Below are positions 43,356-54,099 of a stretch of DNA of 64,000 bases, piece by piece (the first letter of the stretch is position 1; every line of letters begins with the position of its first letter). The position numbers and the translations under genes are program-made. This stretch comes from Eledone cirrhosa (Eukaryota). The stretch lies in contig OZ024754.1 of the NCBI GenBank assembly GCA_964016885.1, positions 11,160,001 through 11,224,000 on the forward strand, given 5' to 3'. Below the pieces are notes generated by a model that saw nothing but the letters and a program-made list of their open reading frames with translations, was not told the DNA's origin and did not search any database.

Positions 43356-43567
43356 TGCCCACTTATTCCTGAGAGGATCGTGGGGGCAGAGTCCTCAAAC
43401 ACTCCCTCCAGCGGGTCCTGCCAAAAGCAACCGTCTCCAACTGATCTGGCTGGATCCCTAAGCGAGACCAGCCAAGCTCATGGATGTTATCCAGCCATCT
43501 TACTCTGGGTCTACCCCTGAGTTTCCTGCCTGTTGGTTTTGCCCGTAAAATCTGTCCACCACGATTA
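43356..43567 (-). mobile_element. RTE LINE 3' end (family of 447-641)
   Basis: Minus strand encodes GRKLRGRPRVRWLDNIHELGWSRLGIQPDQLETVAFGRTRW. Confidence 0.85.
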
Positions 43568-43613
43568 AATTATCCAAGACACACTGTGTGTCAGGTGAGT
43601 GCTCCTTTCACAC

Positions 43614-43661
<48 letters not shown>

Positions 43662-43787
43662 TTTCTTCTTTTTTCTCATGTCTGTGTGACATAGGGAACT
43701 AGGGATAGTTAATAGTAAAAGTATAATAGTTCCAGTAAAAAAAATATTAAAAAAAAGGGGTGGAAGAAGTTCAGGGGACTATTACTT

Positions 43788-44190
43788 CAGTAGGGTCGGA
43801 CGCCATGCTTTCCAGCATAGTTACGTCCCTTTACGATCTGAGTTCAAATCCCGCCGAGGTTAACTTTGCCTTTCATCCTTACGAGGTCGATAAAATAAAG
43901 TACCAGTAATGCACTGGGGTCAATTTCATCAACTTTTCCCCTCCCCCCAAAATTGCTGGCCTTGTGCCTATATAAGAAACCAATATTAATATATATAAGG
44001 GCGGTGGATTGGCAGTATCGGTAGAGGGTCGGACGCCATGCTTTGCAGCATAGTTACGTCCCTTTACGATCTGAGTTCAAATCCCGCCGAGGTTGACTTT
44101 GCTTTTCATCCTTACGGGGTCGATAAAATAAAAGTACCAGTAATGCACTGGGTAATTGCTGGCCTTGTGCCTAAAGTAGAAACAATTATT
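43788..44190 (+). mobile_element. Tandem pair of Nin-domain-like SINEs
   Basis: Two family bodies; the second starts GGGCGGTGGATTGGCAGTATCGG at ~43998. Confidence 0.88.
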
Positions 44191-44221
44191 TCAGTTGGTA
44201 ACAAAGGGTGGTGTTTGTCTG

Positions 44222-44580
44222 TCTCTCTCTCCCCTCACTCTCTAGCTATCTCTCTCTTCTCTCTTCCTCTATCTATCTCTTTCTCTATCTCTCCTTCCTC
44301 TCTCTCCCCTTTCTCTCTCGCTGTCTCCTCTCTCTATCTATTACCTCCTCTCTCTCTCTATCTCTATCTCTCTACCTACTCAGTCTATCACCCCTCTCTC
44401 TATCTCTCCTTCCTCTCTCTATCCATCACCCCTTCTCTCTATCTACTTCTGTATTTCAATCTCCCCCTTCTCTCTCTATCTCCCCCCCCCTCTCTATCTC
44501 TCCCTCTCTCCCCCTCTCTCTATCTACTTCTGTCTTTCTATCTCCCCCTCTCCCTCTTTCTCTCTATCTACCTATCTATC
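44222..44580. repeat. Degenerate (CT)n polypyrimidine tract
   Basis: Direct inspection. Confidence 0.85.
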
Positions 44581-45478
44581 TATACTGTATAAAATATGTA
44601 GATAAGAGGTGTATATACTGTATAAAATATGTATATAAGAGGTGTATATACAGTATAAAATATGTATATAAGAGGTGAGTATACTGTATAAAATATGTAT
44701 ATAAGAGGTGTATATACAGTATAAAATATGTATATAAGAGGTGTATATACAGTATAAAATATGTAGATAAGAGGTGTGTATACAGTATAAAATATGTATA
44801 TAAGAGGTGTGTATAGAGTATAAAATATGTATATAAGAGGTGTGTATACAGTATAAAATATGTATAGAAGAGGTGTATATACAGTATAAAATATGTATAT
44901 AAGAGGTGTATATACAGTATAAAATATGTATATAAAAGGTGTGTATACAGTATAAAATATGTATATAAGAGGTGTATATACAGTATAAAATATGTATAGA
45001 AAAGGTGTGTATACAGTATAAAATATGTATATAAGAGGTGTATATACAGTATAAAATATGTAATAAGAGGTGTATATACAGTATAAAATATGTATATAAG
45101 AGGTGTATATACAGTATAAAATATGTATATAAGAGGTGTGTATACAGTATAAAATATGTATATAATAGGTGTATATTCTGTATAAAATATGTATATAAGA
45201 GGTGTATATACAGTATAAAATATGTATAAAAGAGGTGTGTATACTGTATAAAATATGTATATAAGAGGTGTATATACAGTATAAAATATCTATATAAGAG
45301 GTGTGTATACAGTATAAAATATGTATATAATAGGTGTATATTCTGTATAAAATATGTATAGAAAAGGTGTGTATACAGTATAAAATATGTATATAAGAGG
45401 TGTATATACAGTATAAAATATGTATATAAGAAGGTGTGTATACAGTATAAAATATGTATATAAGAGGGTTGTGTATAG
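44581..45478. repeat. 33-bp minisatellite (AAGAGGTGTATATACAGTATAAAATATGTATAT)
   Basis: About 27 units; 11-aa periodic ORF. Confidence 0.93.
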
Positions 45479-45506
45479 ATGATAGAAAGACATGGACATT
45501 GGAATC

Positions 45507-45964
45507 CTGTGTGAGAGAGTATATGTCTCTATGTGTGTGTGTGTGAGAGAGTATATGTCTCTATGTGTGTGTGTCTGTGTGAGAGAGTATGTCTCTATGT
45601 GTGAGTGTGTGTCTGTGTGAGAGAGTATATGTCTCTATGTGTGTGTGTGTGTCTGTGTGAGAGAGTATATGTCTCTATGTATGAGTGTGTGTCTGTGTGA
45701 GAGAGTATATGTCTCTATGTGTGAGTGTGTGTCTGTGTGAGAGAGTATATGTCTGTCTGTGTGAGAGAGTATATGTCTCTATGTGTGAGTGTGTGTGTCT
45801 GTGTGAGAGACTATATGTCTGTATGTGTGAGTGTATGTCTGTGTGAGAGAGTATATGTCTGTATGTGTGAGTGTGTGTCTGTGTGAGAGAGTATATGTCT
45901 GTATGTGTGAGTGTGTGTCTGTGTGAGAGAGTATATGTCTGTATGTGTGAGAGTGTGTCTGTGT
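45507..45964. repeat. ~40-bp minisatellite (GTGTGAGAGAGTATATGTCT...)
   Basis: Tandem periodicity. Confidence 0.88.
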
Positions 45965-46049
45965 CAGCACATGTGTTGGGTGTTAGCAAGAGAAAGAATT
46001 AGTTTGATGAGTAAGGTGTAGAAAGAAAGATAAAGCCGGAGTGTGTGAG

Positions 46050-46231
46050 TGGCAGTATTGGTAGAGGGTCGGACGCCATGCTTTGCAAGCAAAGAGTTAC
46101 GTCCCTTTATGGTCTGAGTTCAAATCCCGCCGAGGTTAACTTTGCCTTTCATGCTTACGGGGTCGATAAAATAAAGTACCAGTAATGTACTGGGATAATT
46201 GCTGGCCTTGTGCCTAAAGTAGAAACAATTA
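46050..46231 (+). mobile_element. Nin-domain-like SINE
   Basis: Family head, B-box and body. Confidence 0.85.
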
Positions 46232-46300
46232 TGATATACTACTAGTCCTACATAGGGAGAAGGATACTTCATATTTACTTAACTCAGTACTGTAAGTTAA

Positions 46301-46521
46301 CCCTTTAGCATTCACATCACTCTATATATACTATTGTATTTTGGTAGTAAACACTTTATCTTACATAATTATCTCACATAATATCGAATCTATAAGATTT
46401 TGATGTTATTTATCTTGAGAATAATACCTTAACATCAGTATGAGTGGCCAGTTACAGCTGATTTGAACAGAAAGAGGTGAGACATTTCTGGCCGGATATG
46501 GCCGGTTTGAATGTTAAAGAG
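46301..46521. mobile_element. piggyBac-like MITE
   Basis: TTAA|CCCTTTAGCATT ... AATGTTAAAGAG|TTAA. Confidence 0.75.
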
Positions 46522-46650
46522 TTAACAAACATTCATTAAATGTAATGTGTAACAACTGTTACTAGAAATCCCAAACATTATAAAATAAATAAGACCCAGT
46601 TGGGGGTCTCAATATGTAAACTAAACAACTAATTCTGTTTTTTTTTTAAA

Positions 46651-46940
46651 TGGGATGACAGTGAAAAGGGGCTTGGAAGCGCCAGTTTGTGTTAGAGTGA
46701 ACCCCACACTGGAATTGAAAGGGGTGAAGTGATGGGATGTCAGTGAAAAGGGGCTTGGAAGGGCCAGTTTGTGTTATAGTGAACATCACACTGGAATTGA
46801 AAGGGGTGAAGTAATGGAATGTTAGTGAAAAGGGGCTTGGAAGGGCCACTTTGGATCATAGTGAACACCACACTGGAATTGAGAGAGGTGAAGTGATGGG
46901 ATGTCAGTGAAAGGGTTTGGAAGGTGTAAGGAGTCCCTCA
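46651..46940 (+). repeat. 82-bp tandem repeat (CAGTGAAAAGGGGCTTGGAAGGGCC core)
   Basis: Cores at 46659, 46741, 46823 and 46905. Confidence 0.85.
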
Positions 46941-47020
46941 ACAGAGACAACATAGCAAAATTACTGATTTTCCACAAAAAAAACAAGATATACTGAGATA
47001 ATGTAAAAATAAAAATGGAA

Positions 47021-47252
47021 ATTAAAATAAAAATAAAAATAAAATAAAATAAAATAAAATAAAATAAAATAAAATAAAATAAAATAAAATAAAATAAAAT
47101 AAAATAAAATAAAATAAAAATAAAATAAAATAAAATAAAATAAAATAAAATAAAATAAAAATAAAATAAAATAAAAATAAAATAAAATAAAATAAAAATA
47201 AAATAAAATAAAATAAAAATAAAAATAAAAATAAAACAAAATAAAATAAAAA
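47021..47252. repeat. (TAAAA)n microsatellite
   Basis: Direct inspection. Confidence 0.95.
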
Positions 47253-47429
47253 AGTTTAAATAGGGAAGTGCAATGGGTGGCAAAATAAGCATTAAAAAGA
47301 AAAATGATAAAGAAAAAATGGAAAGCAGGAGAAGCTATAAAGCTGCTAGGTTTTGTTGCTGAATCTTTCTGTAACCACAATTATATATTTATAAGTTGGA
47401 ATTTTTTTGTTTATTTTTCTGGCAAACGT

Positions 47430-48480
47430 TTTGGCTTGGTTTCTACGGCTGGATGCCCTTTCTAACGCCAACCACATTTCAGTACAGACTGGGTGCTTTT
47501 TATCATGGCACTAAAATGACCATCTAACAGGATGGATGGATCCTTTTTGTCATGTCACCAACACAACCACTTTACAGGGTGGGCTGGGTGTTTTTTGTCT
47601 TGTCACCAACACAACTATCTTACGGGGTGAACTGGGTCTTTTTTGTCTTGTCACCAACACAACCACTTTACAGGATGGGCTGGGTGTTTTTTGTCTTGTC
47701 ACCAACACAACTATCTTACGGGGTGAACTGGGTCTTTTTTGTCTTGTCACCAACACAACCACTTTACAGGGTGGGCTGGGTGTTTTTTGTCTTGTCACCA
47801 ACACAACTATCTTACGGGGTGAACTGGGTCTTTTTTGTCTTGTCACCAACACAACCACTTTACAGGGTGGGCTGGATGCTTTTTGTCTTGTCACCAACAC
47901 AACCACTTTACAGGGTGGGCTGGGTGTTTTTTGTCTTGTCACCAACACAACTATCTTACGGGGTGAACTGGGTCTTTTTTGTCTTGTCACCAACACAACC
48001 ACTTTACAGGGTGGGCTGGGTGTTTTTTGTCTTGTCACCAACACAACTATCTTACGGGGTGAACTGGGTCTTTTTTGTCTTGTCACCAACACAACCACTT
48101 TACAGGGTGGGCTGGGTGCTTTTTGTCTTGTCACCAACACAACTATCTTACGGGGTGAACTGGGTCTTTTTTGTCTTGTCACCAACACAACCACTTTACA
48201 GGGTGGGCTGGGTGTTTTTTGTCTTGTCACCAACACAACTATCTTACGGGGTGAACTGGGTCTTTTTTGTCTTGTCACCAACACAACCACTTTACAGGGT
48301 GGGCTGGATGCTTTTTGTCTTGTCACCAACACAACCACTTTACAGGGTGGGCTGGGTGTTTTTTGTCTTGTCACCAACACAACCACTTTACATGGTGGAC
48401 TGAGTGCTTTTTGTCTTGTCACCAACACAACCACCTTACAGGGTGGACTGGGTGCATTTTGTTGTACCACCAACACAACT
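47430..48480 (-). repeat. RTE 3'UTR fragment whose 48-bp internal repeat has expanded into a ~20-unit minisatellite
   Basis: GGCTTGGTTTCTACGGCTGGATGCCCTT (RTE 3'UTR), then alternating ACCACTTTACAGGGTGGG / ACTATCTTACGGGGTGAA 48-mers. Confidence 0.85.
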
Positions 48481-48529
48481 GGCTTAATCCAGTTTTTATA
48501 ATACCAAGTACCAACACAATATTTTTTTC

Positions 48530-48712
48530 AAATAATTTTGGCACAAACCCAGCAATTACCCCAGTGCATTACTGGTGCTTCATTTTATCAACCCTGAAAG
48601 GATGAACGGCAAAGCTAACCTCAGCAGGATTTGAACTCAGGACGTAAAGAGACGTAACTATACTCCACAAAGCATGTTGTCAGACCCTCTACCAATATTT
48701 CCAATCCACCGC
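48530..48712 (-). mobile_element. Nin-domain-like SINE
   Basis: Reverse complement of the family, ending CCAATCCACCGC. Confidence 0.8.
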
Positions 48713-49125
48713 TCTTTTCAAATAATCAAAAGTTGTTAGTGAATTAAAAGATGACAAGAAAGGTTGGATATGACCAGTTTAGGGGAAACCAACACCAAAG
48801 AAAAAGAAAATAAATACCTTTTCTGTTTTTCAGACATTTTGTTATACTGAAACAATAAATAGCAACAATAATTAAATAACAATAATTATAACGAATTTAG
48901 CACTACTAACGTTGGTGAAATGGGTATTTATTACATTTATAAGTCTAGCCACAAAATATAGCAGTTACGTTAGAAGCCAGAGACAGATATATTTCTTTAT
49001 TTACCATAAAGGCATATAGCCAGAGACAGATATTTAGGTAATTAGAATTTGTGTATATGCGTGTGTGTGTGTGTATGTGCATATGCATACATTTATATGT
49101 ATGAATATATAAATATAAACGTGCA

Positions 49126-49536
49126 GCGACAGATATGCGTGGGAGGCTGGCATATATCTCTCTCAAAGTCAGATGTCCCCAGGTTATGTTCTGAATGCGT
49201 CGAAGCAGGCGAATGTAGGTGCCATCAAGGCACTTTTGTTGTTTGGATGAAAGCGTTCCATGTTTCACTTCCATATAGCAAGATTGGTTGAATTGTTACT
49301 TGTGCATAAAAGGAGAGTAAGATTAGCTGGCCACTACCATCGTGCCTCCTATGAGGCTGTGTCCCCATTAGTGCTTTGGAAACCACAAGCAGTCACTAAT
49401 AACAAAGGATGCAAGCTCTCCTATCCCGATGTTATCTCCAGAGATTCTGGTATTGAAATCCAGGTTTTGGCAACGGCAATGAACAACAGACCCACGTGGA
49501 GATCAATTCTTGAGTCGATTTCAGCTGATGATGATG
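49126..49536 (+). mobile_element. RTE LINE 3' fragment with 5' inversion and TSD
   Basis: Minus part ILLYGSETW...LDGTYIRLLRRIQNITW...IYASLPRIS; plus part LLVHKRRVRLAGH...VLWKP...AMNNRPTWR + (GAT)n; ATAAACGTGCA (49115-49125) / ATAAACATGCA (49537-49547). Confidence 0.85.
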
Positions 49537-49941
49537 ATAAACATGCAAACAAAGACACACTTATAAAAATACACACTCACAGACATACATTCACACAAAT
49601 ACATATACATTCACACAAGCACATACACACATACACAAACACACACATACACTCACACACATATATTCACACAAACACACACATACACCACGTAGCAAAT
49701 GGATCGCCAGCTGCTGTTTTTGCTATATTTTTTTCACCATCCCCTTCCTTTCTTTTACACACTCTCATACATTCACACAAACACACACACATACTCACCC
49801 ATTGTGTGACAGACGGAAGTCACTCAAATTTATAAATAGATTTATGAGTCTAACCACAAAATATAGGAATCATATTCAACCATCTTTGGCCATAAATTCT
49901 GTTTACAGGGAGTACCAGCTTCAATATTATATGTGGAAAAG

Positions 49942-50457
49942 TGGCCCTTCCAAGCCCCTTTTCACTGACATCACTTCACTCCTTTTAATTCTAGTGAGGG
50001 ATTCCTATACCACAATATGGCCTTCTAAGCCCCTTTTCACATCACCCCCTTCCAATTTCAGTGAGGGATTCTTATAACAAAATATGACATTCCTAGCCCC
50101 TTTTCACTGACATCACATCACACACCACCTTCAATTCGAGTGAGGGATTCCTATAACTCAATACGGCCTTCCAAGCCCCTTTTCACTGACATCACTTCAC
50201 TCCTTTTAATTCTAGTGAGGGATTCCTATACCACAATATGGCCTTCTAAGCCCCTTTTCACATCACCCCCTTCCAATTTCAGTGAGGGATTCTTATAACA
50301 AAATATGACATTCCTAGCCCCTTTTCACTGACATCACATCACACACCACCTTCAATTCGAGTGAGGGATTCCTATAACTCAATACGGCCTTCCAAGCCCC
50401 TTTTCACTGACATCACTTCACCCCTTTTAATTCCAGCGAGGGACTCCTTATACCACA
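49942..50457 (-). repeat. ~74-bp tandem repeat with 221-bp higher-order period, related and inverted to 46651-46940
   Basis: CCAAGCCCCTTTTCACTGACATC at ~49950, 50171 and 50392. Confidence 0.85.
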
Positions 50458-50784
50458 AAGTCAGATAAACGGAAATTTGTTACATTCGTATTTTTCTCAG
50501 GGACATCATTAGCAATGTAAGTTAAGTTAAATGACTTCAACAAGGAGTCAGTCCCAAGTCTAAAATGTAATTGCTGGGAGGTTACTACATACATTTCGGA
50601 GCTTGCTACTAATCAACTAATTATTGTTTCTTATGTGAGGATAGCGACTGATGGCTATTTCTTTTCAACCCCATTTTACAAGCTATCTTTATAGCACTTC
50701 TGTCCTTGAGCACTTTCTAGCGCTTCAAAAGCCGAAAAAAGTCGGCTTCGTATATTGTTTATTTTCATTATTCACGGTTGTATT

Positions 50785-50988
50785 GGCGGTGGATTAGCAG
50801 TATCGCTAGAGGGTCGGATGCTATGCTTTGCAGCAAAGAGTTACTGCCCTTTACGATTTGAGTTCAAATCCCGCCGAGGTTAACTTTGCCTTTCATCCTT
50901 ACAGAGTCAATAAAATAAACTACTAGGATAATTGCGAAGAAGCACTGGGATATTTGCTGGCCTTGTGCCAAAAGTAGAAACAATTATT
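50785..50988 (+). mobile_element. Nin-domain-like SINE
   Basis: Family head and body. Confidence 0.82.
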
Positions 50989-51259
50989 CACAGTTCTATA
51001 AATAACATTACAGAATGAAAATGTGTAAAAAAAATTGCTGTATTTTTTGATCGGCAATCAATGTAGAAATGATAGATACTAGAAGTTATTTTATTATCAT
51101 GTTACAAATATATAAGATTAACTAGAAGTACATACATATAATCAATGAATTATTGCTAGGGACCTTATAAATATAATACACAAAAATATATAAAGCGAGA
51201 AAAAAAAATAGAATGAATGTGAAATGAATGAAAGGAGAACCCTGAAAATGAATAAAATT

Positions 51260-51530
51260 CTAAAACACAAGGAATTATCGACAAACTATTTTCTTTTTTC
51301 CGAAGAGCTTGGCTGCTGACAGCGAAGTTCTTGTCAACATTGGCGGCTTGCTTTACCCAGGTGTCGGGAGATATCCACAGGTGATACTTCGTTATAACAG
51401 CACCTTAGCCCAGCTAACAGCCGCGGCAATGCTGCCAGTGATTTGGTTTGCCTAAAAAAATGATTAGAAGGAGGGGGGGGGGCACATCGTTGTAGTGTGT
51501 TACTCAGTGTGCGGGTCTCGCCACCCACCT
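51260..51530 (+). pseudogene. CRE-clade non-LTR retrotransposon 3' relic
   Basis: LTAKFLSTLAACFTQVSGD...HLSPANSRGNAAS (RGNAAS at 51422-51439). Confidence 0.6.
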
Positions 51531-51777
51531 TTTTTTATTTTTCATTATATAAATCTTTTTTTTTTCTGTTTAGATAAAATGAAACTGAATGAAATACGAA
51601 AATTTATCGCAGCCAAACGCCAGATTCCTTCTTTACGAGCTGCAAAAAGTCTGTTGTGAAGAAATAGGTCGGTATAAAAAAAAATCATAAATGAATCATT
51701 CGACAGAATTTTTAATTTATTTGTTTTTTTCTGAAACGCTCACACGTTTCATCAGTTTTAATATGTTTGAAATTAAT

Positions 51778-51844
51778 TGTTTCTACTTTTGGCACAAGGC
51801 CAGCAATTACCCAGTGCATTACTGGTACTTTATTTTATCGACCC
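51778..51844 (-). mobile_element. 3' SINE fragment with 12-bp TSD
   Basis: TTTGAAATTAAT at 51766-51777 and 51845-51856. Confidence 0.8.
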
Positions 51845-51899
51845 TTTGAAATTAATAGTTGAATTCATTGAACAATAGTCATAAAGGAAAGAGAAAAGA

Positions 51900-52260
51900 G
51901 GGGGTGGGGTGCAACTCAACACCAAGTGCGACAATCGGCCGCACCCCATACCTTAGGACTTAACTATACTTTGAGACAAGTCAACACGCTCGCAGCATTA
52001 CCGCGGGTGATGGCGAGGCTAAGGCACTGAGATAACCAGGCACCTTCACGGGCATCACCTGACACCTCAGTAAGGCCGGATAATGGCGAGGCTAAGAGGC
52101 TAAAATAACCAGGCACCTTCATGGGCATCACTTGACACCTCAGTAAGGTGAGCCGCCAGTGATTACAAGAACTTCGCTGTCAGCGGCCCAACCCCGCCAA
52201 AAGTCACAGGCTGGGAAAAAATTATTATTTGATAAGGAATCATTCAGAATAAAATCTTTC
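51900..52260 (-). pseudogene. CRE-clade non-LTR retrotransposon 3' relic with ~73-bp internal duplication
   Basis: TFGGVGPLTAKFL...LAAHLTEVS.DAREGAWLSQCLSLAITRGNAASVL. Confidence 0.72.
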
Positions 52261-52271
52261 AAAAATAAATA

Positions 52272-52469
52272 CAAAGGTCGGCTGAAAAGTTCATAGACTG
52301 ACCAAGATACTCTCATGGAATGACCAAATGAACTTTATTTTTCAACATAGTCAATGGAAAGAAATAATGCAGTTATTAATAAGAAGAGTTGAAATTAATG
52401 CATGCACGGTTTCACAGCTCTACCATCGCTCCATCATAGTCAGCCTATGAACTTTTCAGCCCATCCTCC
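52272..52469. mobile_element. Tc1/mariner-type MITE
   Basis: TA|CAAAGGTCGGCTGAAAAGTTCATAGACTGAC ... GTCAGCCTATGAACTTTTCAGCC. Confidence 0.75.
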
Positions 52470-53484
52470 TATTTCAGTTTATCGATTTGTTTCAAAAGCC
52501 GATGATTCACAACACAAAAAGCAGGTGCTTTTCATTTTCCAATTTGTCTCTATTTTATATACCTAAAACGAAACATTCCTCTTCTTATATATTATTAAAG
52601 GTTCCATATGATAGTAAGGATAAAAAAGCAAATATTTTTTCTTTTTTAAATGATACTTACGGAGTAATAGGAGCTAGGTGCATAACCCAACTAGGAAAGT
52701 TTGGAGGGTTTTCTTTTTTAGTTTATGAAGGTAAAGCGGTTATTTAACCGACGAAATCCGGGTATCCGATATATAAAGATATAAACAAGTAATCAGTTAT
52801 TATTTTCTTAAATTTCACTGTAATGAGATGTTTAGGAATATAAACCAACGAGTTTGTTGTTGATTTTTCTATACCAATCGATATATTAGAGATAACTTCT
52901 TTCAGATTATTTCTAATATAATGGTGTACCTGTCGTTATTTGTTTCATAGATTTGCAATATTGTAATATTTCCTGTTATAATTAACCACACAACCGTGGC
53001 TAAAATTAACCACAAACAAGCTCGTTAGTTATCCGAGTCATACAAGGAAAACCTTCTAAAAGGAAATATTGTTTATCGGCTGACCTGCTGTATGTGAATG
53101 TCACCAAGATGACGTGTCTACGGGGTTCTGTAAAGAAATCGATAAATTCTAGTTCTAAAGCAAACAACTCGTGATATTGCGGTGGGATAATGTGTCCAAA
53201 CACTATAAAATAGAAGTTATATACAATAAAGTTTAAAAGCTTCTTTCGATTGCCGTTTGTAATAATTTTCGTTGACAATATTAATGTGTGTGTGCGCGTG
53301 TGTGTTCTTGTTTTTTCTTTTGTCCTGTCATTTAAGTTAGTAGTTCAACAATTCGAAATCAATAAAATAAGTAACAGCTTGAAATAAGTCATGCTATCGA
53401 TATAATCGTGAAAACTCATTCAAGAGATTGCCCCAGTATGACCACGGTTCAGTCGAATGTTTAAAACCAAATCAGTGAAAAATC

Positions 53485-53670
53485 AGATACCATGCTTTGC
53501 TACATAGAATTATGGCCCTTTACGTTCTGATTTCGTAAACCCCCACCCCCGAGGTTAGCTTTGCCTTTCATTTTTACGAGGTCGATAAAATAAAGTACCA
53601 GTTACGCACTGGTGTCGATTTAATCGACTTTCCCCTCCACCAAATTTGATGGCCTTGTGCTATTATTATT
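53485..53670 (+). mobile_element. Nin-domain-like SINE
   Basis: TTTGCCTTTCAT...GTCGATAAAATAAAGTACCAG body. Confidence 0.78.
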
Positions 53671-53739
53671 GTTCTTTGTATATGTATGGAACTAAATTAT
53701 CACCCCCCCCCCCCCCCCACCCTTCAAATGCTAGACTTT

Positions 53740-53962
53740 ACATCCCCTAAAGATCTCTCATGGCAAGCCATACATCGGTAGAACTGTGTCAAAAAGATTG
53801 TCTCTCCTCTTATACAAGCCCCTGACCACTACAGATCCTTATCAGTGTTCAGGTAAAGCCTACAATAGATTAATTAGTGCTCCACATCTGGGTCAGTGCT
53901 GCTTCCACATATACAAATACCCTAGACCCCTATCTAGAAAAAGGTCATTTGCCTGATTGGTA
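53740..53962 (+). pseudogene. Jockey/CR1-type RT C-terminal relic
   Basis: KDLSW...QVKPTID..HIWVSAASTYTNTLD resembles DLSW..H...QVRP.MEYCSHIW...LD. Confidence 0.5.
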
Positions 53963-54099
53963 TAGAGAAGGGGTCGGCAACCTGTAGCTCTTTAGCCCCC
54001 TCGCTGCAAATTCCAACATAGCTTTGAACAAATGAATGTTGAGCAGTTTTATTTTTGTTTTGGTTTTGTTTTATCAATTTTCTTGCACAGTTGGTGTTT

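Noticed and set aside
37482-43520. Poly-L/F/S/K ORFs and the acidic EEEEDQ ORF (42373-43362)
   Set aside because: Products of the GAA/TTC array; the acidic ORF starts at a GTG in a LINE 3'UTR and uses nearly a single codon.
47536-48501. 321-aa repeat protein (LGVFCLVTNTT...)
   Set aside because: 48-bp minisatellite derived from a LINE 3'UTR; open on both strands.
51275-52235. DNA transposon with long TIRs
   Set aside because: The arms translate to CRE C-terminal protein motifs, a lone third copy exists at ~57.3-57.5 kb, and no TSD was seen.
52745-52775. Helitron 3' hairpin
   Set aside because: Stem is imperfect and no terminal CTRR is present.
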